Shown piece after piece: positions 36,890 through 45,955 of a stretch of 58,922 nucleotides of DNA (positions are counted from its first letter, which is position 1; the number at the start of each line of letters is the position of its first letter). The DNA comes from Selenomonadaceae bacterium. Lineage in GTDB: Bacteria; Bacillota; Negativicutes; Selenomonadales; Selenomonadaceae. The DNA is taken from NCBI GenBank assembly GCA_045616885.1, contig JAZLHS010000011.1, positions 1 through 58,922 of the forward strand, in the 5' to 3' direction. The notes under the pieces were generated by a model. It was not told where the DNA came from, made no database searches, and was given only the letters and a program-made list of their open reading frames with translations. The position numbers were made by a program, and so were the translations under genes.

Positions 36890-37671
36890 AGCTTTACAGC
36901 TTTCCTGTTGCGGAAGGTCACCGGCACCAGCTCCATGCTCTCGGCAAAATCGATTGCCGTCCTGATATCCAGTCCGATTCGATCCGGTGTATGGGCATCG
37001 GAGCCTACCGTCACCATCTGTCCACCCAGCTGACGGAAGCGGCGATACACCGGAGCCAGCTCCTCGAGAACAGCCTTGTCGGCAAATCGGCGGGTATTTA
37101 TCTCCATAGCCGTATCAGTCTCTATCAAAGCTCTGAGTATCTCGTCGATATATTCATGATATCGCTGATACTCAATACCCGGGTCAGCATAAGGAGCGAC
37201 CCGGCAAATGTAGTCGATGTGACCGAGAGTATTGATGAAGGGATTTTCCCGCACCATCTCAGCCATCACGGTGTAGTAGCGAGTGAACACGCTGTCCTTA
37301 TCTCGACTGGGATAGTACTCCGGCTCATAGATATCTCCGTTGTCCAGAATATGAATGGAACCGATGACCTGATCAAAGGGCGCTCTGGCAATGAAATCCT
37401 GCAGAACCTTGGCATGTCCCGGCATCATGCCGCACTCTACGCCAAGAGAGAGTCCGCTGTTCAGCTCATCGTCACGACCCCGCAAATGCTCATAGGCAGT
37501 CCAGTAATCCTCCGGAGAAAACTCAAAGACCCAGTCCCCGGGATAATCCGGGTCATAGTGCTCGGTCAAAACCAGTCCGACACCCTGAGCCTTTGCTGCC
37601 GTCAGAGCATCGGCTATTTTCATCTCCGAATCCGCCGAGAACTCGGTATGAATGTGGCTGTCATAAATCAT
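36883..37671 (-). CDS. PHP-family histidinol-phosphatase-like hydrolase
   Basis: 262 aa. MIYDSHIHTEFSADS PHP N-terminus with distributed His/Asp metal ligands. Confidence 0.8.
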   Translation of the reverse strand: MIYDSHIHTEFSADSEMKIADALTAAKAQGVGLVLTEHYDPDYPGDWVFEFSPEDYWTAYEHLRGRDDELNSGLSLGVECGMMPGHAKVLQDFIARAPFDQVIGSIHILDNGDIYEPEYYPSRDKDSVFTRYYTVMAEMVRENPFINTLGHIDYICRVAPYADPGIEYQRYHEYIDEILRALIETDTAMEINTRRFADKAVLEELAPVYRRFRQLGGQMVTVGSDAHTPDRIGLDIRTAIDFAESMELVPVTFRNRKAVKLC

Positions 37672-37935
37672 TTACTTATTTGCCTCATACGCGTCTTCCA
37701 ATGCATAGGTAAGCTGGTCGGCACAGGAAGTCCCGCGGTTACCGCAGTCATTTCCCCGCCACACTTCTATTACCTTGTCCTTGTCCATGCCGACGACGAT
37801 TTTAGAAATGGCAGCGAGATTGCCGGGGCAGCCCCCCTGAAAGCTTACGCTCTTAATGATATTGCCGTCCAGTTCCACATTTATTTCTCTGGAACAGGTT
37901 CCCTTCGTCTTATAAGTATACATACTCATGGTCAT
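37672..37935 (-). CDS. TSCPD-domain small protein (TIGR03905-like 4-Cys protein)
   Basis: 87 aa. ...KGTCSREI...FQGGCPGNLAAISK...GNDCGNRGTSCADQL. Confidence 0.7.
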   Translation of the reverse strand: MTMSMYTYKTKGTCSREINVELDGNIIKSVSFQGGCPGNLAAISKIVVGMDKDKVIEVWRGNDCGNRGTSCADQLTYALEDAYEANK

Positions 37936-38798
37936 TCTCCTTTCATAAATCCGTCTGCCAGTCCGGCAAACTCCTCAAGTGACAGTGTCTCTCCCCGACG
38001 CCCGGTATCGATGCCGGCATAGGCCACTGCCCTTTCAATATCTTCTTTCAGAAAGCCGGCACCCTTCAGGGCATTTACCAGCGTCTTGCGGCGCTGCCCA
38101 AAGGAAGCCCGGGCTACCCGGAAAAACATCTTCTCATCCTGACACTCGACTGCCGGCTTCTCACGACGACGACAGCGGATGACCACCGAGTCAACCTCCG
38201 GTGCCGGATGGAACGACTTAGGCGGGACAGTGAGAACAATGTCCGGCTCCGTATGGTACTGCACAGCTACGGAAAGCGCGCCGTAATCCTTTCCTCCCGG
38301 CTCAGCCACCATTCGCTCAGCAACTTCCTTCTGCACCATGGTGACGATAAGCGAAATGTTCAGCTTCTTCTCCAACAGCTCCAGCAAAATCGGAGTCGTA
38401 ATATAATAAGGAAGGTTTGCTACAACTTTAAACGGCTCTTCCCCCATAAGTGACTTTATATCCACCTTTAGGATGTCGCCGGGCACAATAGTAACATTGT
38501 CGTAGCCCTTCAGCGTCTCTGCTAAAACTGCCGGCAGCTTTTTGTCCAGCTCTACCGCTGTGACCTGCGCTCCCGCCTCAGCCAATGCCTGAGTGAGCGT
38601 GCCGATACCGGGGCCTATTTCGAGGACTCTGTCCCCCGGCTCTATCTCCGCCGCCAGAACAATACCATCTACAATCGCCGGGGCAATGAGGAAGTTCTGT
38701 CCCAGACGATGGCTTGCCTTCAGTCCGAAGTGCTTTAAGATTCGATGCGTTACCTCCGGAAGAACTATCCGGGGCATTATCGTATTTTTCTCTGTCAT
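37932..38798 (-). CDS. rsmA: 16S rRNA (adenine1518/1519-N6)-dimethyltransferase
   Basis: 288 aa. HRLGQNFL N-terminal motif, SAM loop LEIGPGIGTLT, NLPYYI. Confidence 0.95.
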   Translation of the reverse strand: MTEKNTIMPRIVLPEVTHRILKHFGLKASHRLGQNFLIAPAIVDGIVLAAEIEPGDRVLEIGPGIGTLTQALAEAGAQVTAVELDKKLPAVLAETLKGYDNVTIVPGDILKVDIKSLMGEEPFKVVANLPYYITTPILLELLEKKLNISLIVTMVQKEVAERMVAEPGGKDYGALSVAVQYHTEPDIVLTVPPKSFHPAPEVDSVVIRCRRREKPAVECQDEKMFFRVARASFGQRRKTLVNALKGAGFLKEDIERAVAYAGIDTGRRGETLSLEEFAGLADGFMKGE

Positions 38799-38832
38799 AT
38801 TGCTCCTTATTTTTTAATATTATGGAAATCTT

Positions 38833-39369
38833 TTACAGTTCGGCAACGGCCTGCTCAAACTCCTCGCGGGTTATCCCGTAGTGATTGAGCCGCTTCAGGA
38901 ACACCTTTGCATTTGCGTAGCCGAGTCCCAATGCCGCCCCCAGCCGCGCTCTCCGGGAGCTGGCCTCCGCTGCTCCGGAAAGATTGTTGACGATAAGATC
39001 CGACGAGGTAAAGATTTCTTCTTCCAATTCGATTGGGGTATGAACCTTCTCCAGCGCCTTTCTGATTGATTCCGGGCTGGCATCTTCGATGCCTACATCC
39101 CCATCCGCCGGATTTGTTGCCTCCTCACGAGGTACGTAGGCATGCTTTGCCTTTGGAAAACGCTTTTCCAAATGACGGCGTATCCGCTCACCTGCCCCGT
39201 CAGGGTCAGTGAGGATAATAATCCCCCGTTTCTCGTAGGCTGCTTTTATATCATTCATCGCCCGCTTGGAAAGGCCAAAGCCTCCGGTAATTAGGCAGTC
39301 GGCCTCCAATGCCCGGCTGATAGCGGCCACATCGGACTTCCCCTCTACCACAATCACTTCTTTTATCAC
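38833..39369 (-). CDS. rnmV: ribonuclease M5 (TOPRIM)
   Basis: 178 aa. VVEGKSD...ILTDPDGAGERIR TOPRIM motifs. Upstream neighbour of rsmA, as in Bacillus. Confidence 0.9.
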   Translation of the reverse strand: MIKEVIVVEGKSDVAAISRALEADCLITGGFGLSKRAMNDIKAAYEKRGIIILTDPDGAGERIRRHLEKRFPKAKHAYVPREEATNPADGDVGIEDASPESIRKALEKVHTPIELEEEIFTSSDLIVNNLSGAAEASSRRARLGAALGLGYANAKVFLKRLNHYGITREEFEQAVAEL

Positions 39370-40037
39370 GCCAAGATTCCTTTCACTATCCCGTAAATTT
39401 CCTCCGAGATTTCTTCTATACTCCGTGGTTTTTCTCCGTCATCACAGCTGACGGTCTTCCAGCCTTCTCTCTTTGCCAGTGCTGCATATGCCTCATGGCA
39501 GCGGACAAGATACGCTTCGTCCCGCTCGTGGATATCCTTTTCCCGTCCGGCTTCCGCTCGCTGAGCGATGAGCTTCGCCGAGACCTCCGGTATCATATCA
39601 AGAAAAATTACTCCATCCGGGGCCGGGAGTCCGAGCTTGCCGTACTCAAAGTCCGTCAGCCAGTCGAAGTAAGCCTCTCTCTCCTTCTCATCGGTTATCT
39701 TCACCGCCTGATGAACGAGATTGCTGGTAGTATACCGGTCAGCCAAAATGACGGTGCCATCCTCGTAATCCTTCCCCCACTTCATCCGATAGGAAGCAAA
39801 GCGGTCGACAGCAAAGAAGGTGGATGCCGCATAGGCATTTACAGCATCGGCCGTACTGCCGAACTCTCCCCCTAAATACATTTTTACCGGCATGGCGGCC
39901 GGACTGTCGTAATCGGGGAACTCTATCTTCTTTACCCTGTATCCTTCCGCCTGCAGCCGGGCAAACAGCGCCGCCGTCTGAGTCGCCTTGCCGCAGCCAT
40001 CCCCAGCCTCTATAACGATAAGCTTTCCTTTAGCCAT
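39366..40037 (-). CDS. tmk: thymidylate kinase family protein
   Basis: 223 aa. P-loop EAGDGCGKATQ. Follows an Orn/Lys/Arg decarboxylase-like gene, as in the Bacillus yaaO-tmk arrangement. Confidence 0.75.
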   Translation of the reverse strand: MAKGKLIVIEAGDGCGKATQTAALFARLQAEGYRVKKIEFPDYDSPAAMPVKMYLGGEFGSTADAVNAYAASTFFAVDRFASYRMKWGKDYEDGTVILADRYTTSNLVHQAVKITDEKEREAYFDWLTDFEYGKLGLPAPDGVIFLDMIPEVSAKLIAQRAEAGREKDIHERDEAYLVRCHEAYAALAKREGWKTVSCDDGEKPRSIEEISEEIYGIVKGILA

Positions 40038-40062
40038 TTTCCTTCACCTTTCACACAGGTGG

Positions 40063-41562
40063 TCAATCTTTCACGACTCGCACCGTCTTCAGTTCCGCAT
40101 CCTCGGCGTGCGGAACAAGTCCCGCGGCCTTTCCTGCCCTCAGATATTCTATCGACTCAGCCGTGATAATCTCACCCGGATAGAAAATCGGTATCCCCGG
40201 CGGATAAAACATCGGTGCCTCTGCCGCAATCTTCCCGACGGCATCTTCGATATCCACCGCTGCCGCCCCGGCAAAATACGCTTCTCTCGGCGTCATGGCC
40301 GGCCGGCCTTCCGGTGGCTTCGGCAACCGGGGAATCTTCAATATTTGTCGCTGCCCACGGCCGCAAAATTCCGCTGAGAGGGCAGCCAGTGCCTCGTACA
40401 GTCGTCCAAGGGACTCATCATCATCGGCATAGCTGATGATGAACAGCACCCGTCGAGCATCACTGAGCTCCGGCTGAATCAAGTGCTTCTCCCGAAGATA
40501 TATCCATGCCTCCGGGCCGGTGATGCCCAGACCGGAAACATCAACGGTAAGCTTTAACATATCCTGCCCAAACTCAGCCCGTCGGTTCTCCGACAACGAG
40601 TAGACCGCGAGCCCCGGCAATTCGTCCACTCGTGACCGCAGCTTCCTGGCCAGCTCATATACTCTGCCCAGACTCTCTTCACCCTGCTCTTCCATCTGGG
40701 CTCTGGCGATATCCAGCGACGCCAGCAGCAGGTAGTCGGGACTTGTGGTCTGAATCACGCCATAAGCTCGATAGACCTTTTCTCTCATGTTCGCCGGCGC
40801 GCTTTTGCCGATGTGGAGCATCGAGGTCTGCGTCAGAGAGCCAAGCAGCTTGTGTGTACTCTGCGCTGCCAAATCGGCTCCTGATTCCAGAGCCGCCTTG
40901 GGAAATTCTTTTCCGGCTGTCCCAATATGCTTACCGGCCATCGCCAAAGTCGTCAGGTGCGCTCCGTGAGCCTCATCCACCAAGAGCAGCATACCTGCAC
41001 TATGAAGTATTTCGGCGATACGCTCCAAATCGGCGGAAACTCCGTAATAATTTGGCGACACCACCAGCAGAGCTTTCGCAGCCGGATATTTTTTTACCGC
41101 CGCCGCCACCTTATCGGGCGTTACATTGAGCGAAAGCTCCGCTTCCTCATCGTAATCCGGCTCAATATATACCGGAACAGCTCCGGCCAATACCAGTCCG
41201 CTCATCACTGAGCGATGAACACTGCGGCTCACAAGAACAATATCTCCCGGTGTCAACGAAGCCAGAATCATTATATGAATTGCGCCGGTAGTTCCGCTGA
41301 CCGAGAATACAGTTTCTCTGGCTCCGAAGTATTTCGCCGCCGCCTGCTGTGCCATGTCGACAGCTCCCGCCGGTGCAAACGGGTCATCCAGTTCGTCAGC
41401 CAAAGATACTTCCCCTCGAAGTCCCTGCTCGGTTATCAGTGACTTCAGGCGCGCATCTGCACCCAGTCCCATCTTATGGCCGGGAGTATGCCAGGCACTG
41501 CAGCCTGAGTCGGCATATTTTGCAACAGCCTCATATAGAGGCGCTGCTGTTTTTTCTGTCAT
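40063..41562 (-). CDS. Orn/Lys/Arg decarboxylase-family PLP enzyme
   Basis: 499 aa. HTPGHKMG N-terminal motif and PLP-Lys context STHKLLGSLTQTS. Confidence 0.85.
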   Translation of the reverse strand: MTEKTAAPLYEAVAKYADSGCSAWHTPGHKMGLGADARLKSLITEQGLRGEVSLADELDDPFAPAGAVDMAQQAAAKYFGARETVFSVSGTTGAIHIMILASLTPGDIVLVSRSVHRSVMSGLVLAGAVPVYIEPDYDEEAELSLNVTPDKVAAAVKKYPAAKALLVVSPNYYGVSADLERIAEILHSAGMLLLVDEAHGAHLTTLAMAGKHIGTAGKEFPKAALESGADLAAQSTHKLLGSLTQTSMLHIGKSAPANMREKVYRAYGVIQTTSPDYLLLASLDIARAQMEEQGEESLGRVYELARKLRSRVDELPGLAVYSLSENRRAEFGQDMLKLTVDVSGLGITGPEAWIYLREKHLIQPELSDARRVLFIISYADDDESLGRLYEALAALSAEFCGRGQRQILKIPRLPKPPEGRPAMTPREAYFAGAAAVDIEDAVGKIAAEAPMFYPPGIPIFYPGEIITAESIEYLRAGKAAGLVPHAEDAELKTVRVVKD

Positions 41563-41596
41563 TTTTTATTCCTCAGTCCCTAAGCCGCCAATTTTT

Positions 41597-44500
41597 TCAG
41601 TGGCTTACGCTCAGACCGTTAAGACGATTTTTCCGTTTCAGCAGCTCGTCGAATTCATCCTCCGGCATGGGACGGGCATTCAGGTAGCCCTGACCGTACT
41701 TGCAGCCCAGATCGACCAGCATCTGCTCCTGACCGGTGGTCTCGATTCCCTCGCAGATAACGGTCATCTCCAGCTTCTCACCCATGTCCACGATACCGGC
41801 GATGACAGTCTGCATCTGGGTATTTGTTTCCGCCGCAATGAGCAAAGATTTGTCAATCTTTATTGCATGGAAAGGCAGCATGGACAGAAGTCGGAAAGAG
41901 GAGTAGCCGGAGCCAAAATCATCTATCGAGAAGACGAAGCCCAGTTCGCGCAGTTCACGGAATGTCTTGAGAGCATCCTTCTGCCGCTTCATCTGGTCAA
42001 AGGCTCCGAAGACGGTCTCCGTCAGCTCAAGCTCTATCGCCCCGGCCGGAAGATGATACTTCTTTGCCGCCTCAGCCATTCGCTGCAGATAGCCGGGCTC
42101 CGTTAGGTGGAGACGAGACTGATTTACGCTTATCGGCACGATGGGCAGTCCCAGATTTATCCGGCGGCGCTGATAGGCCATTACCATATCCAGCATGTAA
42201 TGGTCAAGCCATACCGCAAAGCCATTCTTCTCAAACAGTTCAATAAAGCTGCCGGGATTAAGGAAGCCCAATTCATCGCTCTGCCAGCGGACAAGGGATT
42301 CTGCTCCGATGATGCGACCGGTTCGAAGCTCGTACTTAGGCTGATAGAAAACAAGGAATTCCTTTTTCTCCAGCGCCTTTTCCATTAAAGCCTCTATCTT
42401 CGTCTGAAGCTTCATCTGCCGACTGTAATTGCTGTCATAGAAGGAGACCATTTCTGCGCTGGAGAATATCGTGTTGTAGGCGGCTGTAGCCTTTATTATT
42501 GATTCGGATATCGCCTCCGGGAAGGCCGTTCCGCTGTTGACCGGTGCAATACCGGCCTTCAGCTCCGGGTGGATAACTCCGTGGGCTATTTCCAGACTGT
42601 CGTGATTATGAATTATCCCGGTTATCTCCGAAACTATCATATCTTTTTCCGGGAAGCTGCACACGACAAATATCTGACCTACTGCGGTGGAAGTAACGCC
42701 GACCACTGCCCATTTATTCTCAGCCAGAATTACATCAAGAATTCCCTTCAGCTTGTCTGCGATGACCTGCCGTCCAGTCATTTCCAATATGGAACGGACC
42801 CGAGCCATGCCGATAGTAAGAATATACAGGTGCCCATTAAGGAAAGCTTCCTCCATGGAGACCTTGAATTCGCCCGGCATTACTTCTTCCAGCCAGCGTC
42901 GATTGTGATAGCCGGTGAGCGGGTCTACTCGCAGGTCTTCCCGCTCATGGTAGTAGCGATAAGCGCAGGCTGCCATCATCGCTGTGATGAGCAGGACAAA
43001 AATAACGAAAGCAATGAAGCCCTTCCTGTCGCCGAGAGTCTCCCGATAGCCGGTGGTAGTCTCCAAATCCTGCTCCATATAGCGATTGGATATCCGATAG
43101 GCTACACCCGGCGACAGTCGGCTTATAGCCTTGTTCAGCACCCTGAAGAGCATCGGGTCTTCGTTTTCCCAGACACCGAAGGAAACCGGATAGGCAAAGA
43201 CATTCATCTGCCTGATATAGAGATTGTGGTGATTGTCCTGAGCCAGTGTCCGGTGCGCTGTTATACCCTTTACATAGGCGATATCCGCATGACCGTCCGA
43301 TACAGCGTCAAGGGTACTCTCCACATTATCGAAATACACCAGATTGCCGTTTCGATGGAGCGGCTCTACAAACCGCTGCGTGAAGAAGTGGAAGCGGGGA
43401 GCCGCCACCACCGGATTTTCCGGCACATTATTGCCACGGCGGGCAATCTGTGCATAGTAGACATTCATATAGGGGATGGTCAGATTCATCTTCAGGCGGC
43501 GAGCCCAAGTGAAATCCGTATTGAGGTCAGCCAGAAAGTCTGCCTTGCCGGAGGCTATATTGGCCACTGTATCCTCCGGCCCCCGGGTAGGAATCATCTC
43601 GATGGTAACACCAAGATCATCGGCCATCAGCTTCAGAATATCCGCCAGAACGCCTTTGTATTCTGTGCCCTCCATATAGCTGAATGGCTCCTGATCCGTC
43701 ATCGCCGAAGCCCGCAGCACAGGATGTTCCTTCAGATATTTCAGCTCGGCCGCAGTATAGGCCGGACGGACAAAGCTCTCCGGGCCGCCGTAAAAGGTCT
43801 TGGCGGTATCCTTTTTTATATTGGCATTGACCGCCTGAAGTCTAATCACTGCCGCATTGACAATATCGATAAGATTTTTTCTGTCCTTGCGGAGAAGCAG
43901 ACGGCATTCATAGGAATCAAAGTGATAAGCATTCTGACCCCAGGTCTGATTAGTTCGCAGGTTGTTATCCAGATAAGCGTCGATTCGTCCCTGATGGAAG
44001 GCCCGCTTCATCGCCTCCATACTGGGAAACTCCCGCAGATTCCAGTCAATTCCTCCGGAAAGAGCCCGATCCGGAACCCGGCGGCCGGGATAAATATTTT
44101 CTACATAGCCGACCGTATACCGGCGGCCGGTCAGAACATTTGCCGCCTCGCGCATTTCATCCAGCGTAGTATATTCCCGTCCGTTGCTTATCAGGCTGCG
44201 GTTTATCTGCTTCACCGGAGCCTTTCCGCCCGCATCTATGCGGCGGTTCGTCTCCGTTTCTACCGCTTCGCTGCTAATGACTATCTTGCCGATGACCGTG
44301 GCAATGCCATAATCCGTCCCCACGATATCCGGGTATCCCTCAGCACGGCCCGGAGTCTCCGGGAAAAAGTCGATTTCGCCGGAACGAAGGCGGGCAATGT
44401 TTTCCTCCCAGGTTCCCGGCACATAAGTTACCTCCCAGCCGTTGTTGGCCGCCAGCGTCTGAATGATGGCATAGGCATAGCCGTCAAAGAGGCTTGGGTC

Positions 44501-44830
44501 GCTGTCATTGGTGGTAAGGAAGCCCGGTGATGGCACAAAGCCAACCCTGAGCGGCAGAAATTTTCCGCTGGCATCGTATTGAGCCCGCAGCTTGATAGAG
44601 TCGTCACCGAAGCCGGACATCACCTTGTCTTCCAGCGTCTGTGCCCGCTCCCCCGGTTTTTCACCGGCCGCAGCAGGAGACACTTCGCCCATAATCAGGC
44701 TGAATATACCGAAGGCAAACAGCACAAACAAACCCATAAACCAAGTATGAGCCGCTTTCCTGCAATGGGCTTTGCCGCCTACTGCCTGACAATGTTTTTG
44801 CTGATTCAGCATTTTTATCGCCTCCGGCAA
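41597..44830 (-). CDS. multi-domain c-di-GMP phosphodiesterase: periplasmic solute-binding (SBP_bac_3-like) repeats, TM, degenerate GGDEF, intact-looking EAL
   Basis: 1077 aa. EAL landmarks QPKYE...AESLVRW, ELELTE, DDFGSGYSS, KIDKS, EGIET, QGY. The GGDEF domain begins DPLTGYHNRR but lacks the metal Asp and the GGDEF motif. The start codon is uncertain (M1, M7 or M32). Confidence 0.8.
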   Translation of the reverse strand: MPEAIKMLNQQKHCQAVGGKAHCRKAAHTWFMGLFVLFAFGIFSLIMGEVSPAAAGEKPGERAQTLEDKVMSGFGDDSIKLRAQYDASGKFLPLRVGFVPSPGFLTTNDSDPSLFDGYAYAIIQTLAANNGWEVTYVPGTWEENIARLRSGEIDFFPETPGRAEGYPDIVGTDYGIATVIGKIVISSEAVETETNRRIDAGGKAPVKQINRSLISNGREYTTLDEMREAANVLTGRRYTVGYVENIYPGRRVPDRALSGGIDWNLREFPSMEAMKRAFHQGRIDAYLDNNLRTNQTWGQNAYHFDSYECRLLLRKDRKNLIDIVNAAVIRLQAVNANIKKDTAKTFYGGPESFVRPAYTAAELKYLKEHPVLRASAMTDQEPFSYMEGTEYKGVLADILKLMADDLGVTIEMIPTRGPEDTVANIASGKADFLADLNTDFTWARRLKMNLTIPYMNVYYAQIARRGNNVPENPVVAAPRFHFFTQRFVEPLHRNGNLVYFDNVESTLDAVSDGHADIAYVKGITAHRTLAQDNHHNLYIRQMNVFAYPVSFGVWENEDPMLFRVLNKAISRLSPGVAYRISNRYMEQDLETTTGYRETLGDRKGFIAFVIFVLLITAMMAACAYRYYHEREDLRVDPLTGYHNRRWLEEVMPGEFKVSMEEAFLNGHLYILTIGMARVRSILEMTGRQVIADKLKGILDVILAENKWAVVGVTSTAVGQIFVVCSFPEKDMIVSEITGIIHNHDSLEIAHGVIHPELKAGIAPVNSGTAFPEAISESIIKATAAYNTIFSSAEMVSFYDSNYSRQMKLQTKIEALMEKALEKKEFLVFYQPKYELRTGRIIGAESLVRWQSDELGFLNPGSFIELFEKNGFAVWLDHYMLDMVMAYQRRRINLGLPIVPISVNQSRLHLTEPGYLQRMAEAAKKYHLPAGAIELELTETVFGAFDQMKRQKDALKTFRELRELGFVFSIDDFGSGYSSFRLLSMLPFHAIKIDKSLLIAAETNTQMQTVIAGIVDMGEKLEMTVICEGIETTGQEQMLVDLGCKYGQGYLNARPMPEDEFDELLKRKNRLNGLSVSH

Positions 44831-44836
44831 AATATA

Positions 44837-45784
44837 TCAGAGATAGCCGGCTGCCGCGAAAAACAACAGCCAGATAAAGAGCGTGACGCAGGAGAGCGCC
44901 GAAGTAAAGACGACGCAGTTGCCTGCCAAATCGGCATCACTGTCCATAAGCTGAGCCATCGAGAAGCTCGCTACCGCACATGGTGTACCGAAGATGGCCA
45001 GCAGCGTTACCAGCTCCTGCCCGCGGAAGCCCCAATAGATGGCTGCGGCGAAAACCAGCGCCGGAACGATGATGAGTCGAGCCAGCACCACCGATACAAG
45101 ATAGCGGGGATTTTCGCTGACAGAGGAAAAGCGGAAGGATGCGCCGAGAATAATGAGCGCCAGCGGACTGGTCATCGCCGACATCTGACCCAGCGGCTTC
45201 AAAATCGGCTTCGGCAGCTGAACTCCCAAAAGCAGGAATACACAGCCAACGATGGCACCGATTATCATAGGATTTCTCAGCACTCCGCCTGCCACGTGAA
45301 GCAGGTCGAACTTTCCACCGCGGAAGGTCTCCAGCGTAAAGACCGCCAGTACATTGTAGAGCGGAATGATAATGGCTATCATCATGGTAGTGAGGGCGAT
45401 ATTATTCTCGCCGAAGATGTTTCCCACCAGCGGCACACCCATCAGGACGAAATTTGAGCGGTAAATAGCCTGTATCATTGCGCCCCGCTGCTTCGGACCG
45501 GGAACGACTCGGCATACCAGAAAGAACGAGACGGCATAGACTATGGCCAGCGCCGTGATAGAGAATATTATCAGGTCAAGCCGCAGGGTCTCCTTCAGGT
45601 TCGTGGTATACATGTTGTAGAACATCATTACCGAGAAGAAGGTCTTGAAGACCATGCCGTTTACATGGTTTATCTCTACATCCGTCAACAGCTTATTACG
45701 GTGGACGAGAAGTCCGGTAAACATGAGGATAAACAGCGGAACAACCGCCCCGACTGCCACAAAGAACTGCTCAGAGCTTATCAA
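44837..45784 (-). CDS. AEC-family (auxin efflux carrier-like) transporter
   Basis: 315 aa, about 10 TM with a two-halves membrane-transport pattern. Confidence 0.75.
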   Translation of the reverse strand: MISSEQFFVAVGAVVPLFILMFTGLLVHRNKLLTDVEINHVNGMVFKTFFSVMMFYNMYTTNLKETLRLDLIIFSITALAIVYAVSFFLVCRVVPGPKQRGAMIQAIYRSNFVLMGVPLVGNIFGENNIALTTMMIAIIIPLYNVLAVFTLETFRGGKFDLLHVAGGVLRNPMIIGAIVGCVFLLLGVQLPKPILKPLGQMSAMTSPLALIILGASFRFSSVSENPRYLVSVVLARLIIVPALVFAAAIYWGFRGQELVTLLAIFGTPCAVASFSMAQLMDSDADLAGNCVVFTSALSCVTLFIWLLFFAAAGYL

Positions 45785-45844
45785 GATTTATCACCAGCAT
45801 TTTTTATATTGCCCATATTCCTCTATAAAAGTTGCGAAGAAAAA

Positions 45845-45950
45845 GGTCTGTAAGAAAACCGTTTATCACCTCACCCACCGGCTGCGCCGGTCCCCCTCCC
45901 CAGAGGGGAAGGTGGCTCGCGAAGCAAGACGGATGAGTTCTATGTCAGAC
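45845..45950 (+). repeat. LHR copy H (chimeric: basal tiers only, apex replaced by a GC-rich double hairpin)
   Basis: GGTCTGTAAGAAAACCGTTTATCACC at the 5' side and CGCGAAGCAAG...TATGTCAGAC at the 3' side match the LHR base. The centre (45866-45916) matches the motif at 58009-58055. Confidence 0.7.
45866..45916 (+). repeat. GC-rich double-hairpin motif, copy 2 (inside LHR copy H)
   Basis: CACCTCACCCACCGGCTGCGCCGGTCCCCCTCCCCAGAGGGGAAGGTGG. It matches copy 1 position for position, with compensatory loop-proximal changes (ACCGGC/GCCGGT). Confidence 0.75.
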
Positions 45951-45955
45951 TTTTT

